From: Pecten maximus | Taxonomy: Eukaryota | DNA length: 64,000 nt | Assembly (NCBI RefSeq): GCF_902652985.1 | Contig: NC_047016.1 | Location: forward strand, 41,540,001 to 41,604,000 | Reading direction: 5' to 3' | Part shown: positions 12,486 to 25,149 of the stretch, in pieces | How the letters are laid out: each line of letters starts with the position of its first letter | How positions within the stretch are numbered: the stretch's first letter is position 1 | Notes under the pieces: model-generated | What the model saw: only the letters and a program-made list of their open reading frames with translations | Database searches by the model: none | What the model was told of the DNA's origin: nothing | Position numbers and translations under genes: made by a program

Positions 12486-15400
12486 ATGGTCGACAAAGCA
12501 CCACAGGGTTGTATACTGATCTTAGCCAGTATTATAATATGTACGTATTAACAAGAAATATATACAGAACTTGATACTCATAATGCACAGCATTCCATTT
12601 AAGCGTTCATTTATTACTTTCATATTCGTAATTGTTGTCGAATATTTTAGATATAAAACAACTATATGAGAAATCTCCATTTTAATACGTTCTATATGTA
12701 ATTAATGTCGCAATTTCAGCGGTACTAAGTCTTTCACCCCCATTGTCAGAAGAGGCGCTAAAGTAAGTTTATAAGTCTGACTCTCATTCTAATATAGAAT
12801 ATTCAAACACTTGTGTTTAAAATTCCATGCACATGCACTTTATAAGATATAAGTTGGACATGTAGTATATGCCATATTGTGTTTTCCTACTTAAAATGTG
12901 TATCCATTTTGCTGTTCTGTTTCATATTACATAATAGTATCCATCTAACGCGTTTTGTTTTGCAAATGGGATATCAAATGCTTATGAGTTCATTCCCATT
13001 GTATGTATTTCAAAAAATCGTTTATCAAATCAATCATGTGTATATGACCTGGTTTTTGGACATTCCATAGACCTTCATGTAAATGCTCCCGAATCGCCAA
13101 GATGATATAGACTGGAAGTATCTTAAGCCTCTATTGATGTATTGTATCTAGATACGTATTATGTGCCGGTGTGAACTTCCTCTTTCTGGACGGTTGCTTC
13201 AAATTTACTTCATTGATCAAATATAATTAGTACCATGATTCATACTGGTAATATTCCATATGATTCAGTTATCATGATTTATAGCTCGATTATCAACGCA
13301 TGAACATACCTTGTAATGTATTTCCTATTAACATATTATGCAGTAGCAAAACTTCCTGTTGTTTTTCGAAGCTCGTTGGACAAAGACGTTCGCTATGCTA
13401 TACTTCATTCTAAAATCCATAACCAACATCGCCATTCTACAAAGACATCCTTAAAGAGTATGTATGTTGGTGTAGGGGGGAAAATATACTCCACGCCACA
13501 AATATTCGCACAAACTATCAACGTTGACGCCACACAGGCTGTTTCTCAGGACATCTTGTGGAAGGTAGGCATTAATGTTCGGTTGATATAATTTTTCAGG
13601 TTTATAAAAATATGTATCGACCTTATCAAAAGGCAATAATTGTGTATCGGTTGTTACTACGTCCTTTATATTGATTATTCGTATTCATTCCTGATTTGTT
13701 GTCCTGATAAACATTTGATAAAAAAAAATAATATTACGTTCTTTCTTTTTTATACCACATGTACTATTACTGTTGTAATACTGTATTAATAATGTTACTT
13801 GCTAATGTACTAGAAATATGATATTCTGTTCAATACTTTAATATACAGATAATAATCACAATTATTGCAATACTCTTCTTTGTACTGCTAGTATTATGAC
13901 ATTCTAAAACTATTACATTATTATATTTCCATTTGCTTTGCATTGTCACTATATAATCTGACCAAACCAAAAAGAAAGCTATAGGATCATATATCTAACA
14001 TAACTCCCATTTGTGTAGTGAACAATGTTCGTGACGTCACTAAATGACGTCGTTTTTTTTTCTGACGTAGGGCATTTATTTTCTAAAGAAGGCAGCTTAT
14101 AACTTAAATTATTACCATTATACGGTACAGTTTTTACAATTAAGTTGTGGACATTATCAAAACATATACTATTTTTACACCAGGCGACAGTCATTGTGTC
14201 CTACATGGTAAAATACATGCCCGCGGATATATTTGCTGGAGTAGCGAACAGTCATGGCGTAGGAATATTTACGGCTGCCGATGGTGCCACTGCATTTCCT
14301 GAGAATGCACATCTAGCTGACACTCCTCAATGCCATGGTAGCTTTATTCCATTTCTGCAGTTACATATACATATTCTCGATAACCCATTACTGAATTATT
14401 AACTTAAACTTTCCGTTGCTTGGAGATTTCATGCCAGCTTTCCGTAAATTTTATTTATCGATATTTTATTATAATATTCTGTCATCAATGTATCTCACGT
14501 CACAGGAACATGCAGTGGGGCTTGCTCATACACGTGTACGACTGACGGACGTAAGTATTCAACAATTGCCGGAATTACCAATTCCCGATCTGTGGCACTT
14601 TCAACCAATATCGGCTGTCAGACTGGCGACCCGCAGGGTGGACAGGAAAACATCCTTGTGCATGAATTTGGACACTTGGTATTGATGTATATGCCAAAAA
14701 CATACAGAGATCAGGTAAAATGTGATTGTAAATCGATTTCAATATAAATACTCAAGTCTGTTAAAAGAAACACTTAATTGCAGACTCCAAAATTACTTTG
14801 ATATGCAGTTGGAAAATGTGATCTGGTGTTTCATGGTCAGGTTTAGCGGACAATGAAACAGCGGGACATACCAATTTAAGTGACATTGCGTTTCAAAGAT
14901 AGATTTTAGAAGAAGCTTAAATAAATGTATTAGATAAATGTATTATACCTGGAAAAAGCAGGTGCCACGTTAGGCAGTCTGGAATTTAATGTCAGGTATA
15001 TATTGCCCTCGAACTTTACATCCATATCAAGCGGTCGACCACAACCCACGAAAATATCCGGGGTAAAGTCATGATCATTTTCTCTTCAGCTCATTACCGC
15101 CTACAACTACGCAGCCCAACACCAAGTCTGGTATCCTGGGTACGAGCTCAGCAACAAAGACGAATATTGGGCGGAGGCAACTGCATCGTTCTTCAATGTC
15201 ATAACACGAGATGACGGGCCTGCCGGGGGAATGAACAAGTAGGTGTTGAATGATGCTTTAGATAGAACAGTTTGGCGAGATATTGTTTTACTTCCTTCAT
15301 AAACACATTAAGATCGTTTAAAAACTATGGCATAGCTGTAAGTATATATACATATTTATATAATTTCCTGTGCTGGAGGAATGAAATATTTGTATCAAAA

Positions 15401-17041
15401 AATAAATAAATAATAAAATCAAGGACGGGGGCCGCGATGGCTCGGTAAGTTAAAGTGCCAGCCACGTAATCTCAGGTGAAGATTATAGATGCGTGTTTCG
15501 ACGTTCTCTACACGTATCGGTTTGTATTTCTCATGGGGCTTTCTGTTTACGGGGCGATTAACCTAGCACACAAATAAAACACAAACATTAAAGGACGGAG
15601 TCCAAGGATAATGTGTTAAATGAAAAACGGTGTCAAAAAATGATTGACCAAATGACACACGGGGATCCACAAATAATGAACCAATACGGGATCCTTCCTC
15701 ACAGGGGACAGAGTACAAAACCTTCTTCACAGGCATCAGAGCCCAAGTACTTTCTAACAAGGGAAAAAACCTAAAGACTTTCTTACAGGGGACAGAGTCC
15801 AAATAATTCCTTATAGGGGACAGAAACCAAAGCGCCCAAATACACCTCACAGGGGACATGGCCCAAAGCCTTCCTCACAGGGGATACAGCAAAAAAAAGT
15901 CTTTCTCACATGGGGTCAGGACCCAAATACTTCCTCATTTGGGACATAGTCCAAAACCTTCATCACACGAGACAGAGTCAAAAATCTTCATCACAGGAGA
16001 CAGAGCCAAAAACCTTCATCACAGGGGACATAGTCCAAAGTCTTCATCACAGGGCACATAGACCAAAGTCTCTATCAGAGGGGTCAGATCTCAAATATTT
16101 CCTCACAGGGACAGAATATCAAGCCTTTCTCACCGGAGACAGAAACCAAACCCTTCTTCACAGGAGCGAACGCATAACGGAACTCCGAATTTTAGGTTAT
16201 TCCAATGGAAACATAAGGAATAAAAATTGTAGAAAGAACGAGAGAAAAAAATCCCAAATTAAGTCACCTCGAATAATTACAATTTTTACGTCGTAACGGA
16301 CACAGAACGATTTTAAAAGTATTGTGAATCAAGTTTATAGATTCATTTATATCACTGTGATTGGTTCGGACAAAATATTTGTATGATGAAACCAGAGTAT
16401 CAGCAAGAAACATCTAAAGTAATCCATACGTTCTGTGGCGCTAACTGACCACCATTTCTACTTTATTGGCTAGCAAAATGGTATCACCAACTACATCATA
16501 CAGTTTGACAAAGATTTGTATGACTGGTGTTGTCAATGAAACAATAGACGCTAAGCCTTCCGGAACACCTGATCTGATTCCACTTGTACTTTTTTCAAGA
16601 GTTTTTATGCGAATGTAAACTTTTGTCCGTATGTTGTCCTCGTTTTGTTGACTTTGGGTTAGAATTACGGTGTCGTCTTTATTTTGGTATTCTCTGTTGA
16701 TATTATACAACTTCGCTTTGTAAAAATGCCAAACAGTTACCTAACATTGTGTATATATAGCATACTGAGGTCCAACATTTTTACAGTAATCGAGGACAAA
16801 TAATAACACCGCAAGGAAGCGGGTCACGTATCCTAACACCATATATGGTACTACACGCTTACTTACTCAATCATGCATGTTCTTCTTTACTTGTAGGTGT
16901 GAATTTACCCATATCTGTACATCGGAGACAGAGAATAGAGCTTGGTTAAAAAAGCATGATGCATGGCTATTCAATGTTCTCAGCAAAGTCTACACAAACA
17001 ACCATCCCGAGTACCCCAGTGGACTGCGGATATGTATGTAA
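12486..17041 (+). CDS. Secreted HExxH zinc metallopeptidase, gluzincin type (lethal-factor/PPEP/MtfA-like motif layout), ~315 aa, 7 coding exons
   Basis: Phase-consistent exons: 12486-12540, 12720-12762, 13372-13564, 14184-14337, 14506-14714, 15090-15238, 16897-17041 (948 nt). Signal peptide MVDKAPQGCILILASIIISVLS. ENILVHEFGH with HEFGH at 14661-14675. Downstream NKDEYWAE supplies a third-ligand Glu motif. C-terminal RAWLKKHDAWLFNVLSKVY. Cys-rich loop CHGTCSGACSYTC. AATAAA at 17070-17075. Confidence 0.85.
15690..16165. repeat. Degenerate ~28-bp minisatellite in intron 6 of the metallopeptidase gene
   Basis: Repeated ACAGGGGACAGAGTCCAAAACCTTCTTC-like units, roughly 16-17 copies. Confidence 0.8.
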
Positions 17042-17289
17042 CCGTACTAGAGTCAGTTTATCATGTCAAAATAAACATATGAGCATGCATTTGATTTATT
17101 GTGGATTCCGTGGAAATAAAACATTTGTACCTCACAACATGATCACCATCCTAAGTTTATTGATGTCGAAGAATGTAGATTGATAGATAAATTAAGCACT
17201 TTTAGACAAGGCACACACGATACCATATCAGACACTATAAAAGTCCATATCACGACAGCCTTATACAAATAAACACCGTAATCGCACTA

Positions 17290-18590
17290 CAGGACTAGAT
17301 ACACCTACTGTAAGGCTAGATACACGTACGGTAAGACTAGATACATGTGCTGTAAGACTAGATACATGTGCTGTAAGACTAGATACACGTGTTGTAAGAC
17401 TAGATACGCGTACTGTAAGACTAGATACACGTACTGTAAGACTGAATAAACGTGATGTAAGACTATATACACATGCTGTAAGACTAGATACATATGCTGT
17501 AAGACTAGATACACGTGATGTAAGACTATATACACATGCTGTAAGACTAGATACATGTGCTGTAAGACTAGATACACGTGATGTAAGACTAGATACATGT
17601 GCTGTAAGACTATATACACGTGCTGTAAGACAAGATACACCGATATAAGACTAGAAACACGCACTGTAAGACTAGAAACATGTGCTGTAAGACTATATAC
17701 ACGTGCTGTAAGACTGGATACACGTCCTGTAAGAGTACATACACGTGCTGTAAGACTAGATACACGTACTGTAAAACTAGATACACATGCTGTAAGTCTA
17801 GATACATGTGCTGTAAGACTAGATACACGTGATGTAAGACTAGATACACGCCCTGTAAGACTATATACACGTGCTGTAAGACTATATACACGTGCTGTAA
17901 GACTAGATACACCGCTGTAAGACTAGACTCACGCACTGTAAGACTGGATACACGTACTTTAAGATTAGAAACACGTACTGTAAGACTAGATACACGTACT
18001 GAAAGACTGGATATCATACTGTAAGACTAGATACGCGTGCTGTAAGACTAGATACACGTACTGTAAGACCAGATAATCGTACTGTACGACTAGATACACG
18101 TACTGTGAGACTAGATACGCGTGCTGTAAGACTAGATACACGTACTGTAAGACCAGATACTCGTACTGTACGACTAGATACACGTACTGTAAGACTAGAT
18201 ACACGTGCTGTAAGACTAGATTCACGTGCTGTAAGCCTAGATACATGTGCTGTAAGACTAGATACATGTGCTGTAAGACTAGATACACGTGCTGTAAGCC
18301 TAGATACACGTGTTGTAAGACTAGATACATGTGCTGTAAGACTAGATACATGTGCTGTAAGACTAGATACACGTGCTGTAAGCCTAGATACACGTGTTGT
18401 AAGACTAGATACACGTGCTGTAAGACTAGATACACATGCTGTAAGCCTAGATACACGTTTGTAAGACTAGATACACGTGCTGTAAGACTAGATACACGTA
18501 CTGTAAGACTAGATACACGTGCTGTAAGACTAGATACACGTACTGTAAGACCAGATACTCGTACTGTAAGACTAGATACACGTGATGTAA
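17290..18590. repeat. 21-bp minisatellite (~60 copies)
   Basis: Consensus GCTGTAAGACTAGATACACGT. It generates the spurious 7-aa periodic ORFs in the track. Confidence 0.95.
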
Positions 18591-19435
18591 TACCGTTTCG
18601 TCGAACCATACGGAACTTAAACGGCCAGAGCCAAAGTAAAACCAAAGCAAAAGAACATGACGACCATTTTGAAAGGGGAAACTTCACTTTAGTGTGTTAT
18701 AAGTGTATACGTAGGTGTCAGTACCTCAGTACTAATGAACTAAGTATGAACATTTCAGTTCAGTTCATTTTACAGTATTCCAATGCAAAACAGAATTTCC
18801 CCCACGCTCGTATTTGTTTTCAAAAAATACATAGCAATATTGTCAATGAATTTTAATTACTTTGCACAAAATTCATAATTACAGTTTTGGGCAATTTCAA
18901 TTTATACTGTTAGAAGACGTTTTTAATCCATACAAAAGGACTGCAATAGGAAGTATATTTGACCTTCAGAAAATTTCGCTTAATGTAAAAATATTATGTT
19001 CTTACTCAAAATCCATCATATTTTTATATACCGTTCAGTGTATTCAAAAAAGTAACGTCTTGCTTTGCATGTATGCTATCTTACATGTTATTATCAGCAT
19101 GCTTATGCTAAGTTTTCTAAACCAAAATAAATATTGCAGCATTTCCCCCAAAACCATACATTGTTTTTTTTTTAATCTTTGGCACGAAAAGGATGCTATT
19201 GTCTTGTATAAGTACATGTAGGAACTTAAATGTCTATTTATAGGACTACAGAGGCTATCAATATCATATCATATTTGCTTTTTAGGCCTTTTTTTAACCC
19301 GACCTTTGACTTTAATATGAAATTATAGTCATTATTATCAAATTGGATTTTACTTGAATCCAAAATTCTATGTATGTTCGAAGGGACAGTTAATGAGATT
19401 TTAAAGTTCCTGGTACTGTTTGTATACTTCATAAG

Positions 19436-19473
19436 CCCCCCCCCCCCCCACACACACACACACACACACACAC
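19436..19473. repeat. Poly-C plus (CA)n microsatellite
   Basis: Direct reading of the sequence. Confidence 0.9.
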
Positions 19474-20207
19474 AAAAAATAACGTAACAAAGAATAAACA
19501 AACCAATTTTCTCTTTCAGGTTGTATTTATGTTGATCAACAATCATAAAAATATCCACAAGTACATACATGTAATACCACAACTACACAAGAATGAAATC
19601 AACTATATACAAATATATTGATTCTTGACCAATGAAAATGCTTGAATATTTGTGGGGAAGTGTAACGAAACCAAATTCAGTTTGAAAATCTTAATCCAGG
19701 AGATTGAGGAAACAATCAAACCATGTCAACAATACATATTGATTACTGTAATTTTTGAAAAATCAATTTTGGTTTAGCACAGGAACACGAAATTTATGCT
19801 CAGTCAACAGATAGTTAAATTCTGGGCAGCTAGACTTTAATTACAATGTAGATATACACTATATAGACTATATTGCACAGTGGAGAACCCCGAATGGTCG
19901 AGACTATTTGCAGAAACATTTAAATCATCTTTTTATATTATGTATCATTATATATTTTCAGACAACTCTATACAATAATCATGCAATCCATTGACATAAA
20001 TAAATATACACAATTGCATAAGAAAATAAATGAACTTCCATAAAAAAAAAAAGCATCTGTCTGTTCATAAATTAAGGTCCCGCTCTCAATAGTATAACTG
20101 AACACAATGAATTTCTGCTGTCAAAACAACATATGTAAATCCATTCGAAATTAAAGCATCAACGTCTTGTTCACTACTAAGTCTGGCTAATACAAAAGCT
20201 CAGTAAA

Positions 20208-20540
20208 AACAAAGGGCCTGCATCACTCACCAGGAAATTTCAGTAATCATGGTAAAATACTCTCATGTAAGTTATATTTCAAATATATTCAAATGTATTG
20301 GGCCCCACCCCTCCGACCTCAGGGGAGCCACACCCTTGGTTTATACAAAATTGGATCTCTTTTGCCCAATAATGCTCCAGACCAAATTTCATCAAAATTC
20401 ATTCTGGTGTAATTTCATCAAAATTCATTCTGGGGTTCAAGACTACCCAGGTAGTATTGATTTAAAGGAAATGTTAGTGGACGATGGACGATGTGCCATG
20501 GTATAAGCTCACTGATTCTTTGGGTCAGGTGAGCTAAAAA
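20208..20540. mobile_element. Short degenerate Helentron-associated (HINE-type) non-autonomous element
   Basis: AACAAAGGGCC...CACTCACC at one end. GGACGATGGACG microsatellite remnant and AGCTCAC...GGTGAGCTAAAAA terminal hairpin at the other. Same layout as 21846-24022. Confidence 0.65.
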
Positions 20541-21845
20541 TGAAGTGAAAAATATTAATTGCTTTCTACATATAAATAATGTGATTTGTCCATAGACTAC
20601 CTGGGGTATAATGTACTGTGTAATCATAGCAAAAAAATATGAAAACCTGTGTAAATGTGAAATAATACAGACATACCTGCAATTAGCACACTGCTTATCC
20701 TTCACCTTAATAAGTAATTGAATAACTTAAACAGGTTAGGGAGGAACAAAGTCTATCATTTGTCTCTTTACAGGTGTATTGACATACAATAAATGCAATC
20801 ATTTGGGAAAAGAACTTTATACTCTGAGTTACAAAAAAAATGAAGGCCATACAGTGTTGTGGTACTACAAATCTAAAGCAATTTATCAAAAAAATATGTA
20901 GTTAAAACACTGTTTTTATGGTTTTTAAATTGTTTCACTTCAAGATTAGATAACAAAATATAAAACAAAATTTTGTAATGCAACATTCTGAAGTCCACAT
21001 GACTATCAGTAAAGGCATAAAAATGAACACTTTTGAGATCGATTTTTTATCTGTTATTTCGATATATGTTGAGAAAATATAGGTATGATATTATGCATTA
21101 AAATAAATCTTAATCTTATAAAAGATGTTAAAAATGCATAAAAAGGTATGATTTTAAGTCCAATAAAGATAACTGCATGTAGTGTGGACTGACTAGGCTG
21201 TAATCATGAGTGGGCCAAATAAGCCCTACCAGCAGTTATAATCAACAACCGCACGAAGAAAATGTCACCAAAACTATCGCATCACCGTAATAAGATACAG
21301 GATGTATAGTCACATTCCTGATGATGAAATAGATAGAATGGAGGAGTTTTAAAATCAACATTATGAATGCAAGGTTCACTTGATTTAATCAATTGCATGT
21401 ATGCTAATAAAGAGAGAATGTATAATAACTTTAGAAACATTGGGAGCGTGTTTGTTCACGATGACAAATTGGTTGGTCAAAATCTTTAACATTTCATGTA
21501 TAAATCCTGTCTCCAGACATGTAAATCTAAAAATAGGTCTATAGTTTGTTTGCCAAGACTTGCTAGAAAGTTAAATAAGACTACTATAGATTTGTCCTTA
21601 GTCTATAAACAAACAACTATATTCCGCTCCATGTTTTAAAAGTACCATGGGTATTGATCAGATAAGGGAGGTAACTACAAAATGAGTAACGGTCAAATCA
21701 CAACTAGATGCCACTCAGATGGACTGAATATGACAAAATTGTGGCAGATATTATCATTGATGAACAAAACACAACTCACAAAGAGAAAAGTAAAGAGGAG
21801 AAGTTTTCTTCACACACTGGGGTTAATACATAAACATTCTCAAAT

Positions 21846-24022
21846 ACAAGAGGCCCAGAGGGCCTGTATCGCTCACCTGGTTTCATGAGATATTTGCCAC
21901 TGGTATTGCTATGTCAATATATCATAGGCATTTTATATGGTTACATGAACATTGTTTTTATTGTAATTCTAACAAGAGATCCCAGAGGGATCTTGGCGCC
22001 CACCATTGAATGATCTTTATAGGTTCCATGTCAGATTGATCTTTTCTCTACTTTTCCCTTCCTCTAAGTCTTACTAATCTGTGTAAATTCAGAAACAGCC
22101 CTCTAGTACTTTTCAAACAAGGGGAACCTATATATAAAATTTAAGATTTAGCGATAATGGCTGTCTGTCGGCCATGTTGTTTTCGGATTGGTCCCAAAAT
22201 GCAACACCAGGGACCAAGGGGAACCAACATATGAAATTTGAGAAAGAACCCTTCAGTACCTTCTATAGCGATAACAAACTTCAATTGTCAAAATCCAAGA
22301 TGGCTGCCTGTCAGCCAGGTTGTTTTCTGACTGGTCTCAAAATTCAATATGCATAACTAGGGACAGAGGGGAACCTAATAATAAAATTTCAGAAAGATAT
22401 CTTCAGCAATTTCTGATAAATAGCGATAACAAACTTCAATTGTCAAAATCCAAGATGACTGCCAGTCGGCCATGTTGTTTTCCTATTGGTCCCAAGATGC
22501 AATATGCAGAACAACAGACCAAGGGGAATTTAAAAAAAAGTCTGAGAAAGATCCCTTCAGTACTTTCTGAGAAATAGCGATAACAAACTTCAATTGTCAA
22601 AATCCAAGATGGCTGCCTGTCGGCCATGTTGTTTACCGATTGGTCTCAATATGCAATATGCTTAACTAGGCACCAAGGGGAACCAACATATGAAATTTGA
22701 GAAAGATCCCTTCAGTACTTTCTGAGAAAAAGCAATAACAAACTTCAATTGTCAAAATCCAAGATGGCTGCCTGTCGGCCATGTTGTTTTCCGATTGGTC
22801 TCAAAATGCGATATGCATAACTAGGCACCAAGGGGAACCTACATATGAAATTTGAGAAAGATCCCTTCAGTACTTTCCGAGAAAAAGCGATAACAAACTT
22901 CAATTGTCAAAATCCAAGATGGCTGCCTGTCGGCCATGTTGTTTTCAGATTGGTCTCAAAACGCAATATGCATAACTAGGCACCAAGGGGAACCTTCATA
23001 TGAAATTTGAGAAAGATCCCTTTAGCACTTTCTCAGAAATAGCGATAACAAACTTCAATTGTCAAAATCCAAGATGGCTGCCTGTCGGCCATGTTGTTTT
23101 CCGATAGGTCTCAAAATGCAATATGCATAACTAGGCACCAAGGGGAACCAACATATGAAATTTGAGAAAGATCCCTTCAGTACTTTCTGAGAAATAGCGA
23201 TATCAAACTTCAATTGTCAAAATCCAAGATGGCTGGCTGTCGGCCATGTTGTTTTCCGATTGTTCTCAAAATGCGATATGCATAACTAGGCACCAAGGGG
23301 AACCTACATATGAAATTTGAGAAATATCCCTTCTGTGCTTTCTGAGAAATAGCGATAACAAACTTCAATTGTCAAAATCCAAGATGGCTGCCTGTCGGCC
23401 ATGTTGTTTTCCGATAGGTCTCAAAATGCAATATGCATAACTAGGCACCAAAGGGAACCTACATATGAAATTTGAGAAAGATCCCTTCAGTACTTTCTGA
23501 GAAATAGCGATAACAAGAATTGTTTACGGACGGACGGACGGACGACAGACCACGGACGCAGGGCGATTTGAATAGCCCACCATCTGATGATGGTGGGCTA
23601 AAAATGTCAATTAAGCCAAATTGATCCCTTTTGGCCCCGCCCCTCAGCTCCCCGGGGGGTCATCCCCACCAATTGTACAATTTTGAATCCCCACCCCATA
23701 GTAATGCTACCAAGCAAATATGAGCGATATCCATTGCTCGGTTTCAGAGAAGAAGTCGTTTATATCAAAATAGCTAAATAGACTCCTTTTGGCCCCGCCC
23801 CAGAGGCCCCCAGGGGGTCAGCCCCATCATTTGTACAATTTTGAGTCCCCTACCCATAAGGATGCTTCTGACCAAATTTGGTGAAATTCCGATCAGCGGT
23901 TATGAAGAAGAAGTCAAATAAGTCAATTGTTGACGGACGGACGGACGGACGGACGACAGACCGACGACGGACGCCACGGTATGGCATAAGCTCACCTTGG
24001 TCCTTCGGACCAGGTGAGCTAA
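21846..24022. mobile_element. HINE-type non-autonomous Helentron element (outer member of a nested pair)
   Basis: ACAAGAGGCCCAGAGGGCCT palindrome and subterminal GCTCACCTGG at one end. Internal ~160-bp repeats (TTTTGGCCCCGCCCC...). (GGAC)n microsatellite and terminal AGCTCACCTTGGTCCTTCGGACCAGGTGAGCT hairpin at the other end. Confidence 0.8.
21971..23604. mobile_element. HINE-type element carrying ~9 copies of a ~155-bp satellite, nested inside the outer HINE
   Basis: AACAAGAGATCCCAGAGGGATCTT palindrome and GCCCACCA subTIR. Tandem unit AGCGATAACAAACTTCAATTGTCAAAATCCAAGATGGCTGCC... with ~155-bp period (22268, 22422, 22577 ... 23506). (GGAC)n and terminal TAGCCCACCATCTGATGATGGTGGGCTA hairpin. 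Inserted into an A/T run with no TSD. Confidence 0.85.
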
Positions 24023-24639
24023 TAATTATTTTCTTCTTTATAAATAATGATACAACATTTATCTTGATCAATAAAATCATTAAATCGATAACAGTAAGTA
24101 TCTTGAACAATCCTTTGGGTTTTGGTTGAAAACAAAATAACCCGTATCAGTGGTACATGATCAATTCCAGCAAAAGGATGATATTTTACATGGGCAGTTT
24201 AATGTGATTTATCGACTCTACAGAACCATTTAATACATTAAACATACTAATAAACAAAATGTACGTCTATATATCACACAGTGGAGAAATTTGTACATTT
24301 CCATGATTCTCCAAGTTAGACCTACTTTAGAAATAGCATGTGTTATTGTTGAATTACAGCTTTAAGATATCTTCTTAACTAGACATATCCGATCATTTGC
24401 AGCACATCTATAAGGTTCCCTAACATCAAGATAAGTCGAGATACTACACAACAGTAAGTTTATTTTACACTTACAAAAATTCTAATAATAGATTTATTAA
24501 TAGATTAATGTCTGGTGTTTCATGGAGAGGCAATGATATTTTAATCTCTCTTTATCAGCAGAGGGAAGAAAAATCACACTTTAAAAACACTTAAAAATGT
24601 ACATGTAATTTTTTGTTGTTATATTATTGACTTAATCAA

Positions 24640-24990
24640 CAGGTACTTCTTAACTGACTTAACATGTACATCTTAATTGTATCATAACTTGTCGTATCAT
24701 AAGTGACTTAACATGTACATCTTAATTGTATCATAACTTGTCGTATCATAAGTGACTTAACATGTACATCTTAATTGTATCATAACTTGTCGTATCATAA
24801 GTGACTTAACATGTACATCTTAATTGTATCATAACTGACTTAACATGTACATCTTAATTGTCGTATCATAACTGACTTAATCAACTGGTACATCTTAACT
24901 GTCGTATCATAAGTGACTTAATCAACTGGTACATCTTAATTGTCGTATCATAAGTGGTACATCTTAATTATTGCATTATTAGTGACTTAA
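24640..24990. repeat. ~49-bp minisatellite downstream of the UCK stop codon (likely 3' UTR)
   Basis: GTGACTTAACATGTACATCTTAATTGTATCATAACTTGTCGTATCATAA repeated about 3 times near-perfectly, plus decayed flanking copies. Confidence 0.85.
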
Positions 24991-25149
24991 TCAACCAGTA
25001 TGTTCAACAACAATAAGAGACTTCATCAACAACTAGATCATATTAGTCGTACCAACAACAGGAAGCACAGTACACCTAATCACCAGATTTGTGGTACTAT
25101 GATTATAAAGAACAGGAGATCCCGAATTAATCATTATTTCACAAACAAT

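Noticed and set aside
13071-13078. 8-nt micro-exon (ACCTTCAT) to reconcile phases in the metallopeptidase gene
   Set aside because: Not needed. The acceptor at 13371/13372 has a good pyrimidine tract and joins exon 2 in frame.
17305-18856. Several 100-230-aa ORFs with 7-aa periodicity
   Set aside because: They arise in multiple frames on both strands from a 21-bp minisatellite, with no splice or domain support.
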